From assembly GCF_004010195.1 (NCBI RefSeq), contig NC_057749.1, positions 23,167,246 through 23,231,245 on the forward strand: a DNA stretch of 64,000 nucleotides, in the 5' to 3' direction. A program made the position numbers and the translations under genes. The DNA comes from Chiloscyllium plagiosum. Lineage: Eukaryota. Below are positions 25,868-39,269 of the stretch, in pieces (position 1 is the stretch's first letter; every line of letters starts with the position of its first letter). Under the pieces are notes generated by a model. That model saw nothing but the letters and a program-made list of their open reading frames with translations. It did no database searches and was not told the DNA's origin.

Positions 25868-26133
25868 TTAAGATTAGGTTGCTATTCCTGCACAGACTTA
25901 CGCTTACAGATTCTGTTTCTGAGAGTTATGAAAGGACTTGATGTTTTCAATTTTGAATACTGTGGATTATCTTGAAGGATTTCAATTGAAGAAACTCTTC
26001 CTCACTCTCTTCATGATCAAACACAAAGTTGAATTGCTGGATGTCCAAGCGATCAACGCCTTTATTTAAAAAGGCCATTGTGCCTGACAAAATGGAGTCT
26101 TCGTGCAGTCATGAATCTCATTGTGATGTCTTG

Positions 26134-26174
26134 TGACTCAAGCTGTCACATGACCTATCAGATTAATGACCTCA
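26134..26174. promoter_or_regulatory. Motif cluster upstream of the MROH-like ORF: AP-1 TGACTCA, M-box/CLEAR-like GTCACATGAC, CRE-like TGACCTCA
   Basis: Motifs at 26134-26140, 26145-26154 and 26167-26174; function is inferred only. Confidence 0.35.
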
Positions 26175-28687
26175 CTGGTGAGGACACCCTTCAGCTTGAC
26201 CAGCTCATGCTATTGTGGGTGGTTTGTAAAAGTTGTCTTTGAAATATACTTCGAACAATCCAGTGACAGAGGCGGTAACGTTACAAGTCAACATGGTCTG
26301 AAACTCAGAAGTAGAATTGTACAGCTGGAAGACTCCTACTGCCTCTGTTTGGTTTGGAAAACGTTGTTAATGGAATGTGAAGCTATATAAAGGACCATTA
26401 CAGATATCCCCCATTATCCGAACGTTTGCTTTACGCCATTTTGCTTTTACAAAATGCCTACACTTGTTCCCTGTTTTCTCTAACTGAAAGAAATCCGAAA
26501 AGTATTTTCACTTTTCCGAAAAAAAAGCAAAATTTTTCCCGTCTTCGCTTCATGCCATTTCAACTTACAAAAGGTTTCATAGGAACGTTCTACTTTTCAG
26601 ATGGCGGGGGGGGGGGGAAGCTGTTTCTGCTATGCCTCTGTTGACCAAAATGATAATCGAGTTTGATGTGATGACTTTCCACATACAGGTTAACCGTTTG
26701 TTCCTCATTCATGGGATGTGGGTGTTGCTGACTAGGCCAACATTTATTGTCCATTCCTAATTGCCCAGAGGGCAGATAAGATTCAACCACGTTACTGTGG
26801 GTCTAGAGTCACACCGGGTAAGGACAGTAGTTTCCTTCCCTAAAGGACATTAGTGAACCGGATGGGATTTAATGACAATCAACAACAGTTTCATAATCAT
26901 CACTAGACTCTTCATTCCAGATTTCTTTTTGTTTTAAATCGCACTGTCTGCTTTGGCAAGATTTGAACACGGGTCCCTGGAATATTTCCTGAATTATCAA
27001 ATGTCTGGTTACACCAATGACAAAGAGCTGTGAGAAATTACAGAGAGTTGTGAATACAGCTCAGTCATCAGGCAAACTAGACAAACAAAGGTCTGGAAGG
27101 ACACAGCGATCAGGAGGTGGAGGCGTCGACGTTTCAAGTATAACCCTTGCTGTGTTCATCCAGGCCCCTGCTTCTCTACATTGGATTCCAGCATCTGCAG
27201 TTTTATTGTCTCTATCACTCAAGCCAACTTTCCATCCATCGACTCCATCTACCTTTCTCACTGCCTCAGAAAGGCAGCCAACATCATCAAAGACCCCTCT
27301 CACCCTGATTCTAATCTCTTCCAACTTTTCCCTCAGGCAGACGATACAAAAGCTTAAACACACATACCAAGGGATTCAATAACAGCTTCTTCCACGCTGT
27401 TATCAGACGTACAAATGGAACTCTCACATTTTAAATCTAACTTTGATCTCACTCTTTGAGCACTTTCTCTGCAGCCGTAACATTGTATTCCTCGCTCTAT
27501 TCTATTACTCTAATGCACTTTGAATGGTATGATCTATCTGTACTGCACGCGGAACAAAACCTTTCACTGTACCTAGGTACATGTGACACGAATAAATCAA
27601 ATCAAAAACGATGTGAATTGAAGATAAATGTATTGCTTTTACTTTTCCAACTTCCACTTTGAAGTTTTTTGTGAATCACAGGGAAGCAATTCAACAGTAT
27701 CATCTTATGATCTCGTCACCTCTTTATATCCACACAGAACGTCTTTACCTTAAATCATATATCTGAATAAATCAACAGTTCACAAAGAACACAGGAAAAG
27801 GAGATGGTTTGCATCTGGTACGGGTCACTCAGTCACACATTGCATATTTTTTAAAAAGGGGTAATTGCCTCAAATATTCAATAAAGTTATGCTAATAATT
27901 TAAAAGATCACTGCACTTTTGGAATTAGGATATCAAGGTCTTGGATCCAGCGCTGACTTACTTGTCTTCAATCAGTGTTTCCTTAAGGATAAAATAGAAC
28001 CACTCGTCACTGTGCTGTACACTCAGGTACCATGCTGATAGAATATCATATCTTCTGATTACCAAACACTATGGTTGTGGCCTGTGAATCATAGAATCCT
28101 TATTGTGTGGAAACAGGCCCTTCAGGTCCACACCGATCTTTTGAAGAGTATCCCACCCAAACTCATGCCCCATTACTCTACATTTCCCCCGTCTAATGCG
28201 CCTAACCCACACATCCCTGAATATATGGGCAATTTAGCATGACCAATCCACCTGACCTGTGCATCTTTGGGCTGTGGAAGGGAACCAGACCACCCAGAGG
28301 AAACCCAAGCAGACACGGGGAGAACGTGCAAACTCCACACAGACAGTCGCCCGAGGCTGGACTTGAACCCGGGTCCTTGGTGCAGAGAGGCAGCAGTGCT
28401 AACCACTGAGGCACCATGCTGCCCCCTGTGCTTGGTAGGTTTTTTTTGTCATTTTTGCTTCTTTTTTTTTCAATTTTTATTCACTGTCTGACTCAACAAT
28501 TATTCCCTAATTGTGCTTGCAGGGATCAGTTGTCTTCTAAAACTGGAGCAGTCCCAAGGGTGTAAGGATACCCATAATGCTGTTGGAGGGGAGGGAAGGA
28601 GTTACAGGAATTTAACCCAGAGTGCCTCACTCCGATTGGCCCTCACCCTGCGGTCTGTCTCATTACCCTTTGCCCCCCACTCTGGGG

Positions 28688-29652
28688 TGTGGCCAGACAG
28701 GCCACTCAAAATGAAAAATGTATGATGAATTTAATAAAGTGGACAAGGACTAAAGCATGCTGGGAAATGGAAGCCAGTCTTGACTGAAGTGACTGTGTCA
28801 ATCCTCGTGCTGCAGAATCCAGACAGGCTGCAGTTGCCCACAGACAGTCGGCAAACAAACTTGACAGCAGCAGACCCTACAATACACGCCCAAATTTGGG
28901 TTTGAATGGGACAATGGCATATCGTCCTCGGGACCAATCGGAAACATCAAGGTGTGTACCAGACACGGAAGCCCCTCGCACACTTATTTGAAGGAGGCTA
29001 CGTGCACCCAGCACCTCCAGTAATGGACACTTAAGGACCACCCTGCCATCAATTTGGCAACATCTGGTTGGGTCTGATCGATCAGGGTGACTGAACCTGA
29101 AGGCACCTCTGAAACCATTGGAAGACCAGGCGACATCAGCACAGGGAGCCTGGCCAAGTTCTAGTGTGGGGGTATACAATCATAAAATTAAGATTGGTGT
29201 ATATTGTTAGTTTATAGTGTATTTCTTGTTCTAATATTAATTGTGTCAAATAAGCAAAAATTATTGCTTTACTATTATTAAGAATTGAATTTAGGGTGGC
29301 ACAGTGGTTAGCACTGCTGCCTCACAGCATCTGGGACCCAGGTTCAATTCCATCCTCAGGTGACTGTCTCTGTGTGGGTTTCCTCCAGGTGCTTCAATTT
29401 CCTCCCACAGTCCAAAGAGGTGCAGGTTAGGTGGATTGGCCAAGCTGAATTGCCCATAGTGTTCAGAGATGTGTGGGAAAGGTGCATAAGTCAGGGGAAA
29501 TGTAGGAGAATGGGTCTGGGTGGGTTACTCTTCGGTGGGTCGATGTGAACTTGTTGGGCCAAATGGCCTGTTTCCACACTGTGGAGATTTTATGACTCAC
29601 AGTTTATTCGCTAGATGTAACGGTTCAAACACATTGTGTGGTAGACGCAACA
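28688..29652 (+). mobile_element. Solo LTR containing an HE1 SINE
   Basis: TGT...ACA termini and a GGGG duplication (28684-28687, 29653-29656). It interrupts a short degenerate tandem repeat (CTCACTCTGGGGTCTGTCTCA-like) that resumes on the other side. Confidence 0.6.
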
Positions 29653-31339
29653 GGGGTCTAGCTCATTGCCCCTTGCCCTCACTCTGGGGTCTGTCTCACC
29701 AATCCTTGCTCACTCTGGCACTTGGCTGACTGCTCATTGCCTCACTCTGCTGTCTGCCTCATTATCCCTCGCTCTGCTCTGGTGTTTGAAAACAAACACT
29801 TTTTTTCTAATTTTACATTAGAATAAGTTTGAATTGCTCAATGCTATGAACAGATCTAAAAGTTGAAGCAACATCTCTGTTGAGTTTTGTAGTTGACCAA
29901 GGAGCTAGATCCTTGAACTGCCCCCAGCAAACTACACTCTATGTCAGTCAAAAGGCCTTGAAGTTTCCAGTTCTACCTCTGGCTTGGGCACCCGGGTTGG
30001 ATTCCAGATGCCAGGTAATTGCCAAATGGAAGTTACAACTTCCTGAGTAATTACCACACAGTCAGTTTGTCAGAACTTTCAAGAGGTCTGGACACGGATA
30101 TTTCCTCCACTATCCTGACCCAGATGATCTGGACCATTGCAACTCCCCGTGCAAATGGGATGCACTGCACACACTACATTCAAAGAATTCCAGTCACCCT
30201 CCAGGTACGTGAGCAAATAATCTAGCTTGACACACCGAGAGCAGCAGTGAGGAAGTCCCGCACAGTCAGACATACCTTCTTTAAGGGATAGGAGGCCACT
30301 GAGTCTGCTTGGTCAGTCAATGAGTCAATTAATCCTCAACTCCATTCCCCTGCCTTCTCATACAACTCTTGATTTCCTTACTGATTAAAAATCTGAATCA
30401 AAACCAGAAGTTGCTGGAGAAGTTTAGCAGATCTGTGAAAAGAAAGCAGAGTTAACGTTCTGGGTCCAGTGACCCTTCATCGGAACTAGTAGTAACCAGG
30501 AGGAGGTGGTCTACATGGTGACGACATTTGGATGAGTACTTCAAATATAACATTCAAGGATATGGGACCAGTGCAGGAAATTGGGATTAGAGCATGCTTT
30601 GTGGTAGTTACGTTGGTGTAGACTCAATGGGTCAAAGGGCTTTTTCTGTGCCATATGAATCTATGACAGGGGTGGGGAGGAATTAGAAAGTCTATAACCT
30701 TAAAACTTGTCCTTAAACATTTAGACTAAAATGTAATGTTGAATTATAGAACTCATTTGCTGCACAGTAGAAAATAGACAATCAGGGAGGGTAAGGCAAT
30801 TAAAGAACATTTACCTTAACATCAGTGAATCCGTAAACAGGACACCGAATGATAATATTCAGGGCTGTTCCTTTGTGAAATTAGTAACAGTGTTTCATTC
30901 TGACCACGAAACAAAACTCAGCATCAATTAACTTCTCTCCCGAATTATTGTGCTTCACTGTTATCTGTCTAGTTCAGAACTTGCAGTGCTTTTGTTAACG
31001 TTTTGGATAAAGAAAGCCTGCTTGTGATAGTACAGCTTTTGTAAACCTTTTGTATAAAGGAACTCAGTCTGTGATAGTATAACAGAATAGCCTGACAGGG
31101 CTCTTGAAGAACTGATATCCTACTCTCCTGGGTTATTATAACCCAGTTAGTTTAGCTTATAGGTATCAGTGCTATGTTGTAACAGTGATGCTATTAGTAA
31201 ATAAAGGGGATGACTAAAATTAAACTAAAATGTCTGTAAGGGGTTTTTTTATTCCAGGTTACCAAAAGTACGATCTGAGGGATGAACCAAGAGAGGCTTA
31301 CTGGTTGAGTCCACAAGGGATTCCCTGGGCCATCTCAAA

Positions 31340-32310
31340 TCTGTACTTTAACAGGAAGGCTAAAGGAATAAGTAATCAGTGGAGATAAGGCTAGAGGGAG
31401 GGAAAGACAGCTGAGCAAAGGAATGGATAATGGTAAACCGGGGGAAAAAGACCTGTAAATGGGGGCCATGACTGGGTGGGAGTGGGTTGGCTGTGCTGAA
31501 AGCAGCCCAGAGCCTGAGGTGTGGGCACGGGTACAGTTCATGGGAGAAGATAATCAGACTCTAAAATTACTGAATCAACATTGAGTCCTGAAGGCTGCAG
31601 GGTCCCTAAACGGAAACTAAGATGTTGTTCTTCCAACTTGTGCTGAGCTTCGCTGGAGCACTGCAGCAAGCCTGAGACAGAGACATTGGTCAGGGGTACA
31701 GGGCGGTGTGTTGAAGTGGCAGGCAACTGGAAAGCTGGTGGTGATTTTTTCAAACAAAACATAGGTGCTCCACAAAGTGATCACCCAGCCTGCGTTTCAT
31801 CTCCCCAGTGTAGAAGAGACCACGTTATGAGTAGCGAATGCAGTAGACTTGAATTAGAATCACCACTGTGTGGAAACAAGCTCTTCGGCTGAAGAAGTCC
31901 ACACAGACCCTCCCAAGAGCATCCCACCCAGACTCATTCCCCTATATTTACCCTCGATACATGCACCTAACTTACACATCCCTGAACACTATTGGCAATT
32001 TGGCACAGCCAATTCACCGAACCTGCACATCTTTGGACTGTGGGAGGAAACCAAAGCAGACGTGGGGAGAACGTGAAAACTCCACACAGACAGTCACCCA
32101 AGACTGGAATCAAACCCAGGTCCCTAGCGCTGTGAGGCAGCAGTGCTAACCACTCAGCCACGGTGCCATCCATAATTATAATGGATCGAGTGAAGTGGGT
32201 AAATTGCTGTTTCACCTGGAAGGCGTGTCTGGGACCTTGGATAGTGAGGATGGAGGAAGTAAATGGGCACGTGTTACACGTCCTGCGATTGCATGGGAAG
32301 GTGTCTGGGG
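31340..32310 (-). mobile_element. Penelope-like element ORF remnant (GIY-YIG region), split by an HE1 SINE
   Basis: GLLQCSSEAQHKLEEQHLSFRLGTLQPSGLNVD and FQVKQQFT motifs. Confidence 0.7.
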
Positions 32311-35300
32311 TGTGAGTAAGTGTCTATCCCAGCCTTTAATACACTAAATGGCTGTACATTGGGAGAAGGGAGTGTGAAGTGGGAGCTGGGTGTCCTTGTG
32401 CACATTATCTTCTTTACCACCTGCTGCACCTGCACGCCTACCTTCAGTGACTGGTATGCTAGATTAGATTAGATTAGATTGGATTACTTACAGTGTGGAA
32501 ACGGGCCCTTCGGCCCAACAAGTCCACACCGACCCTCCGAAGAGCAACTCACCCAGACCCATTCCCCTACATTTACCACGGGCAATTTAGCATGGCAAAT
32601 TTACTTAACCTGCACATTTTTGGACTGTGGGAGGAAACCGGAGCACCTGGAAGAAACCCACGCAGACACGGTGAGAACGTGCAAACTCCATACAGCCAGT
32701 TGCCTGAGGCGGGAATTGAACCCGGGTCTCTGGAGCTGTGAGGCAGCAGTGCTAACCACTGTGCCACCATGCCGCCCAACCACTGTGCCACCATGCCACC
32801 CATGTTGGCCTTCACTGTGAGAGGTATCGAGGACAGGAGCAGGGATGTGTTATTGCAGGTAAACAGGGCCTTGGTGAGGCCACTCCTGGAATATTGTGTA
32901 CAGTTTTGATCTCTTTTTCTGAGGAAGTATGCTCTTGCTCTCAAGGGAGTGCAGCGAAGGTTACCCAGGCTGATTCAAGGGATGGCAGCACTGACGGATG
33001 AGGAGAGATTGACAAGGTTAGGATTGCTTTAACTGGAGTTCAGATAAATGAGGGGGGATCTCATAGACACTTATAAATTTCTAACAGGACTAGACAGGGT
33101 AGATGCAGGGAGGATATTCTCATTGGTGGGTGTGTCCAGAAACAGGGTTCACAGTCTGAGGATTTGGGGGAGGCCATTTAGGACTGAGGTGTGGAGACAT
33201 TTCTTCACCCAAAGAGTGTGGAGCCTGTGGAATTCATTATCACAGGAAGTAGCTGATGCCAAAACACTGAATGTATTTGAGAGGCGGCTAGATCTAGCAC
33301 TTGGGGCAAATGGGATCAAAGGTTATGGGGAGAAAGCAGGATTAGGCTATTGAGTTGGACCATGAGCCATGATGGTGATGAATGGCAGAGCAGGCCCGAA
33401 GGGCCAAACGGCCTTCCCTTTCTCCTATCTTCAATGTTTCTACGTTTAATGACTTAGCCTCGACTGATTCACAACCTTCCTTCTCTTCTCTATCTTAAAT
33501 GTGTAACTCCTTGGTCTGAGATGATCTCCTCTGGCCATGGACTCACCCACAAGGGGAAACAATCTTTCCACATCTACCCTGTGAAGCCTGCTAAGACATT
33601 TGCATGTTTTAAATAAGATCACCTCTCATTCTTCTAAACTCCAACAAGTAGAGGCCAAAACTACTTAACCTCTCCTCAAAAGACAATTCCTCCACGCCTT
33701 CTGGGATCAGCTGAGTGAACTTTCTCTGGACCCCTTGGACATGGGGACCAAAACCATTCAGAATATTTTCAGATGAAGTGTTGCCTTGAGACCTCATCTT
33801 TTCTCTTAGTAATGTGATCTTCTATCCATACCTCCCCCCAAAACTATAGAATGCCCCAAAACTATAGAATGCAGAAAGAGGCCATTCAGCCCATCAAGTC
33901 TGCATCCACCTAGACCTCCAACCCCATCCTGATAATGCCACATTTACCATGGCTAATCCACCTAGCCTTCAAATCCTTGGATAAATTAGCTTGGCCAATC
34001 CAGCTAACCTGCACATCTTTGGACTATGGGGGGAAACCAGAAGATCATGCAAACTCAAGACTGGGATCGAACCTGGGCCCCTGGATCTGTCAGGCAGCAG
34101 TGCTAACCACCGAGCCACCACGCCACCCATAGATAACATACTGCCCCTGAGAGAAGAGAAGAACCAGCATTATATTTTTTAAAACTCCAATATATTCCAA
34201 CCCAAATCCCAGATTATGCATAACTACAATCTTGAAGCAGAGTTGGTGATTCCATCTTGATTCTCTCGGTAGGAGGGGACTTTGCTCAGTGGTGTCCTCT
34301 AGAGTTTTTCGTCTGAATGTCAGATGCACTTCTTACCCATAAACCACACAATCTTCTGTCTTATTTTACCACAACCTCTTCAGTTCTTAGCTGCTTGTGA
34401 AAAGGTTTCTACAGGACTGGAGGGTTTAAGCTATAGGGAGAGGCTGAATAGGCTAGGGCTATTTTCCCTTGAGCATCGGAGGCTGACGGGTGACCTTATA
34501 GAGGTTTAAAAAATTATGAGGGGCATGGATAAGATAAATAGCCAAGGAATTTTTCCGAGGGTGGAGGAGTCCAAAGCTAGAGACCATAGATTTAAGGTGA
34601 GAGGGGAAAGATTTAAAAAGGACCTGAGGGGCAACTTTTTCACGCAGAGGGTGGAGTGTGTATGGAATGAGTTGTCAGAGGAAATAATGGAGGTTGATAC
34701 AATTACAACATTTAAAAGGTGTCTCGATGGGTATATGTATAGGAAAGGTTTAGAGGGATATGGACCAAATGCTGGCAAATGGGACTCGGTCAGATTGAGA
34801 TACCTGTTTAGTGTGAGCCCGTTGGACCCAAGGGTCCATTTCCGTGCCGAATGACTCAATGACATATGAAGAGAAACTGAACTGTTAGAACTATATGCGA
34901 TGAAGTTTAGCAGAATGAGAGGGGATCTCATATGAACCTATAAAATCTGACAGGAAGGATATTATTAAGCTGGAGAGGGTTCAGAAGCAATTTACCAAGA
35001 TTTTGCCGGGTATGGAAGTTTTGATTCTGACTGGATAGGCTGAGGTTTTACACTGAAGCATAGGATGTTGAGAGGCGACCTGCAAGAAGTTTATAAAATA
35101 ATGAGGAGTATAGATAGAATTAATGGTAGTTGTCTTTTCCTAAGGATGGGGGATTTCAAGACCAGGAGACACATTTTTAAGTAAGAGGAGAGAGATTTAA
35201 AGAAGAGATGAGGGGCATATCTTTTACATAGAGAGTGTTTTACATGTGGAATAAACTTCCTGAGGGTGCGGGTAGAATTGCAACATTTGAAAGAAGTTTG

Positions 35301-36673
35301 GTTAAGTACAGGAATAGGAAAGGTTTTGGTGGGATACAAAGCAGGCACAGGCAGGTGGGACTAGTTTAGTTTGGGATTATGTTTGACATGGACTGGTTGG
35401 ACCAAAGGGTCTGTTCCCATGCTGTATGATTCTATGATTAAACAAGGTAAATGTTTCTAATGAACGGTGAGTCCAGAACCAGGCATCATAGATTAAGATA
35501 CAGGGTATTGAGGACTGAGATGAAGAGAAATTTCTTTACCTGGAGAGTGGATGGCTAGGTTTCAAAAAGACAATGGGCTGCGGATAGCAAGGTGCTTTAT
35601 CAATACAAGTTTTGTCTGTGATTTTATTTCTATCAGCTGACTGATGATTCACAGCTTTATTCTTTAAATAGACGATGGGAGTAGAATAATGAAGAATTAC
35701 TTTGTGACATGCAGAGGTTTGCTGTTAACTTTTTAACCAGTGCACTGTAGTTTGCAAAAATTGACAGTCCATCAACTTTGGATGGCACCAACATTTGAAT
35801 TTTGTACAAAGTATGGAGCGTAAGTAGAAGTCTTATACTCCAGTGATGGCTTTTAATCTGATTACTATTTAAGTCTGAATACAGAATCTGCATCATTGAG
35901 TCCCATGCCATATCCCCTAGCATCTTCTGCCTGGAAACATTTTTGGGAAGTATTTATTGATGCACTACATTCTCGATTTGTTGATAAACTGAATATGCAC
36001 TGAACATAATGCCATGTGGTAGCATGAATAGGAATTTGATGCAAGCACAGAAACAGATACTCGTGGCTAATTCAGACTGCGGGGATGCAAACAATGTCCC
36101 CCAGGGGTCAGTGTTGGGACCAGTTCTCATTCAATATATGTCAATGACAGGAACACAAACACAACAGCAAAACCTGCAGAAAATGGTGAGTGTGCTTAAC
36201 TGTGAAGGAGGCTATCACTGAACGCAGGAAAAGGTAGTAATTTGGAAGGCTGTCTGATGAAATCTAACTTGTAAGCCATGGATCAATTTCCCCCTCTGAG
36301 TCAGAAGACCCTTGAATTCAAGGGAGCTGTACAGATAATCTACAATTTCCAAACAAACTTGAAATCAGATCAGAAAACAACCCTTGATGGTCCACTGTAA
36401 CAAATCTAAAGTGACAATTCAGTGCAGTAGAATTAAAATTTGGTTTTATTGTCACGTGTACTCAAATACAGGAGCACAATGAAAAGTGTACAGTGTCGCC
36501 AACACACAGCACAACCTTAGCTACAAAGTACCGCGTTACAAATCCTGAATACAAAAATAAATCAGGTACAAAAATAGAGAAATAAAACAAAAAGGTACAA
36601 GTTTTACATTACCGTTCTTCACAGTATACATTGGGAAAATGAAGAAATAGAGTTAAAAGATAAATCTTACAGT

Positions 36674-37694
36674 CCTCCTATAGCCTGTAATCGCCCCACA
36701 CTGGGGCTTCCTATAGCCTGTAATCGCCCCACACTGGAGCTTCCTATAGCCTGTAATAGCCCCACACTGGGGCTTCCTATAGCCTGTAATCGCCCCACAC
36801 TGGGGCTTCCTATAGCCTGTAATAGCCCCACACTGGGGCTTCCTATAGCCTGTAATCGCCCCACAATGGGGCTTCCTATAGCCTGTAATTGCTCCACACT
36901 GGGGCTTCCTATAGCCTGTAATCGCCCCACACTGGGGCTTCCTATAGCCTGTAATTGCTCCACACTGGGGCTTCCTATAGCCTGTAATCGCTCCACACTG
37001 GGGCTTCCTATAGCCTGTAATCGCCCCACACTGGGGCTTCCTATAGCCTGTAATCGCTCCACACTGGGACCTTCTTTAGCCTGCAATTGCTCCACACTAG
37101 GGCTTCCTATAGCCTGTAATCGTTGCACACTGGGGCTTCCTATAGCCTGTAGTCACTCCACACTGGGACCTCCTATAGCCTGTAATCGCTCCACATTGGG
37201 GCTTCCTATAGCCTGTAATCGCTCCACACTGCGACCTCCTATAGACTGTAACCGCTCCACAATGGGACCTCCTATAGCCTGTAATCGCTCCACACTGGGA
37301 CCTCCTATAGACTGTAATCGTGCCAAACTGGGACATCCTATAGACTGTAATCACTCCACACTGGGGCCTTCTATAGCCTGTAATCGCTCCACATTGGGGC
37401 TTCCTATAGACTATAATCGCTCCACACTGGGACCTCCTATAGCCTGTAATTGCTCCACATTGGGGCTTCCTATAGCCTGTAATTGCTCCTCACTGGGACC
37501 TTCTACAGCCTGTAATCGTTACAAACTGGGACGTCCTATAGACTGTAATCGCTCCACACTGGGATCTTCTATAGCCTGTAATCGCTCCACACCAGGGCCT
37601 TCTACAGCCTGTAATCGCTCCACACCAGGGCCTTCTACAGCCTGTAATCGCTCCACACTGGGGCCTCCTACAGCCTGTAATCACTCCACACTGG
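36674..37694. repeat. 33-bp minisatellite, about 31 copies (CCTATAGCCTGTAATCGCCCCACACTGGGGCTT)
   Basis: Tandem array visible directly; gives an 11-aa periodicity in the ORF track. Confidence 0.95.
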
Positions 37695-39269
37695 TGTCTT
37701 TCCACATGAGGTCTCTCTTGCCCCATGCTGCTGCCTACTCCATTGCCGCCATCTTGAACCTACAGGAAAGAAGCACTGAAACAACGTGAGAGGTACCAAT
37801 GATCTGAAGGTGCAACACAAATGCAATTTCTTCCTTAATGTGGAGAGGTGTGTAAGGAAATAGGTACTGAATAGTAAACCTCAAAGGTTGAATATCATAT
37901 TCCCTACCTTGGGAATTGGGTGGTAGGCAGGTTTTGCATGGAATGACATGATTAGCTACCCACTTTCCTGGTATTTGAGCAGTGGTGGAGACCCTTGGGC
38001 CCTTTAGTAGCCAGGGAATCGCAACACGGCAATTGTAGGGGCATTTATTGTAAACCTTATCCTTGGCTTTATGATCGAAGCCAATGATTGGATAATTGTT
38101 GCGTCATAAGATGAGATAGAGAAAGGCTATTTAGTATGGCTGTCCATGCAAGAGCTCAGTAATAATTGCAATGAGTCGAATTATCAGGGATGCACTCATT
38201 CATGGGAAGTGCCTATGGAACCTGATTTATTTGTATGCTATTAGGAAGAGGACAAGGAACAATTGTTGAGGCTTGACAGATTTTTTTGTTTGGTTAATGA
38301 AGTCAGTGTAGCATATTCACATGGGTCTGCGGATTATTTTCAATGTTCAGGCCAATCTTTATCACATCAAAGAAGAAATAAAAACAAACAAAGCCTACAG
38401 TCCAGTTTGGTTTCTCCTTAACAGAACCACTTCCAGTTTCTTTACAGTAGACTGTGGGGACATTTCCTTTCCAAATCGACCATACTGATCTTGTCATAGA
38501 TCTGAGCCTAAACTTTGTAAGTTCTAATTACTACTCTCTCTTAGTTTGGAAGATTCGAAAAGATAGAACCTTTCTGCCAAGCTGACTGCTTCATCTTCCT
38601 TCTAGGTAGACAAGCTCGAGGCTGGAAGAACACAGCAAGCCAGGCAGCATCAGGAGGTAGAGAAGTCAACATTTCAGGTGTAACTCTTCTTCAGGACTGG
38701 GGGTAGGTGTGGGGGTGCTGCTGATAAAGGATTCAGGAGTGGGAAGAGGGACTGTGAGGTGAGGTAGTGATAGGTGGACACAGGCAGAAGGTACAGCCTG
38801 GTAGGTCGATGGGAGGAATGGATCCAGTTGGTAGATCTTTTAGGACAGCAATAAAACCGGCTTCTGGGCACAAGCTGTGTGTTTCCTGGGTTGAATGCTA
38901 AAAACATTGCTCAATCCTAGACTCTCCTGAACTGGAAACAATGTGAATGGCCTTAAATCTTTGCCCTGCTTGACACAAATCCAACAGTATAAGCATTTTC
39001 TATTAACTCCAGAGGGGTCTGGCATTTACCTGCATTTTGACAACTTGATGGAGGGTGTCCTCAATGCAAAAGTGGGTCTTCATCTCCTCAACAACTTGGC
39101 AGTGGTCACTCCTATTAATAGCGTGATGACAAGGTCCATCTACTGTAGGTAGATCGGTAAGGACAAGGTTAAGTACATTTTTCCCCCTTGTTGGTTTCTT
39201 TGCCACTTGTTGTGATCCCAGTGTAGCTGCTTTGTCCTTTAGGATTTCAGTCTGGACTGGTGCTACCAA

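Noticed and set aside
36674..37694. CRISPR array
   Set aside because: Units are head-to-tail with no unique spacers, there are no cas genes, and the context is vertebrate.
36866..37789. 307-aa and 153-aa repetitive ORFs as real genes
   Set aside because: They follow automatically from a 33-bp unit lacking stops in those frames; there is no non-repeat coding domain.
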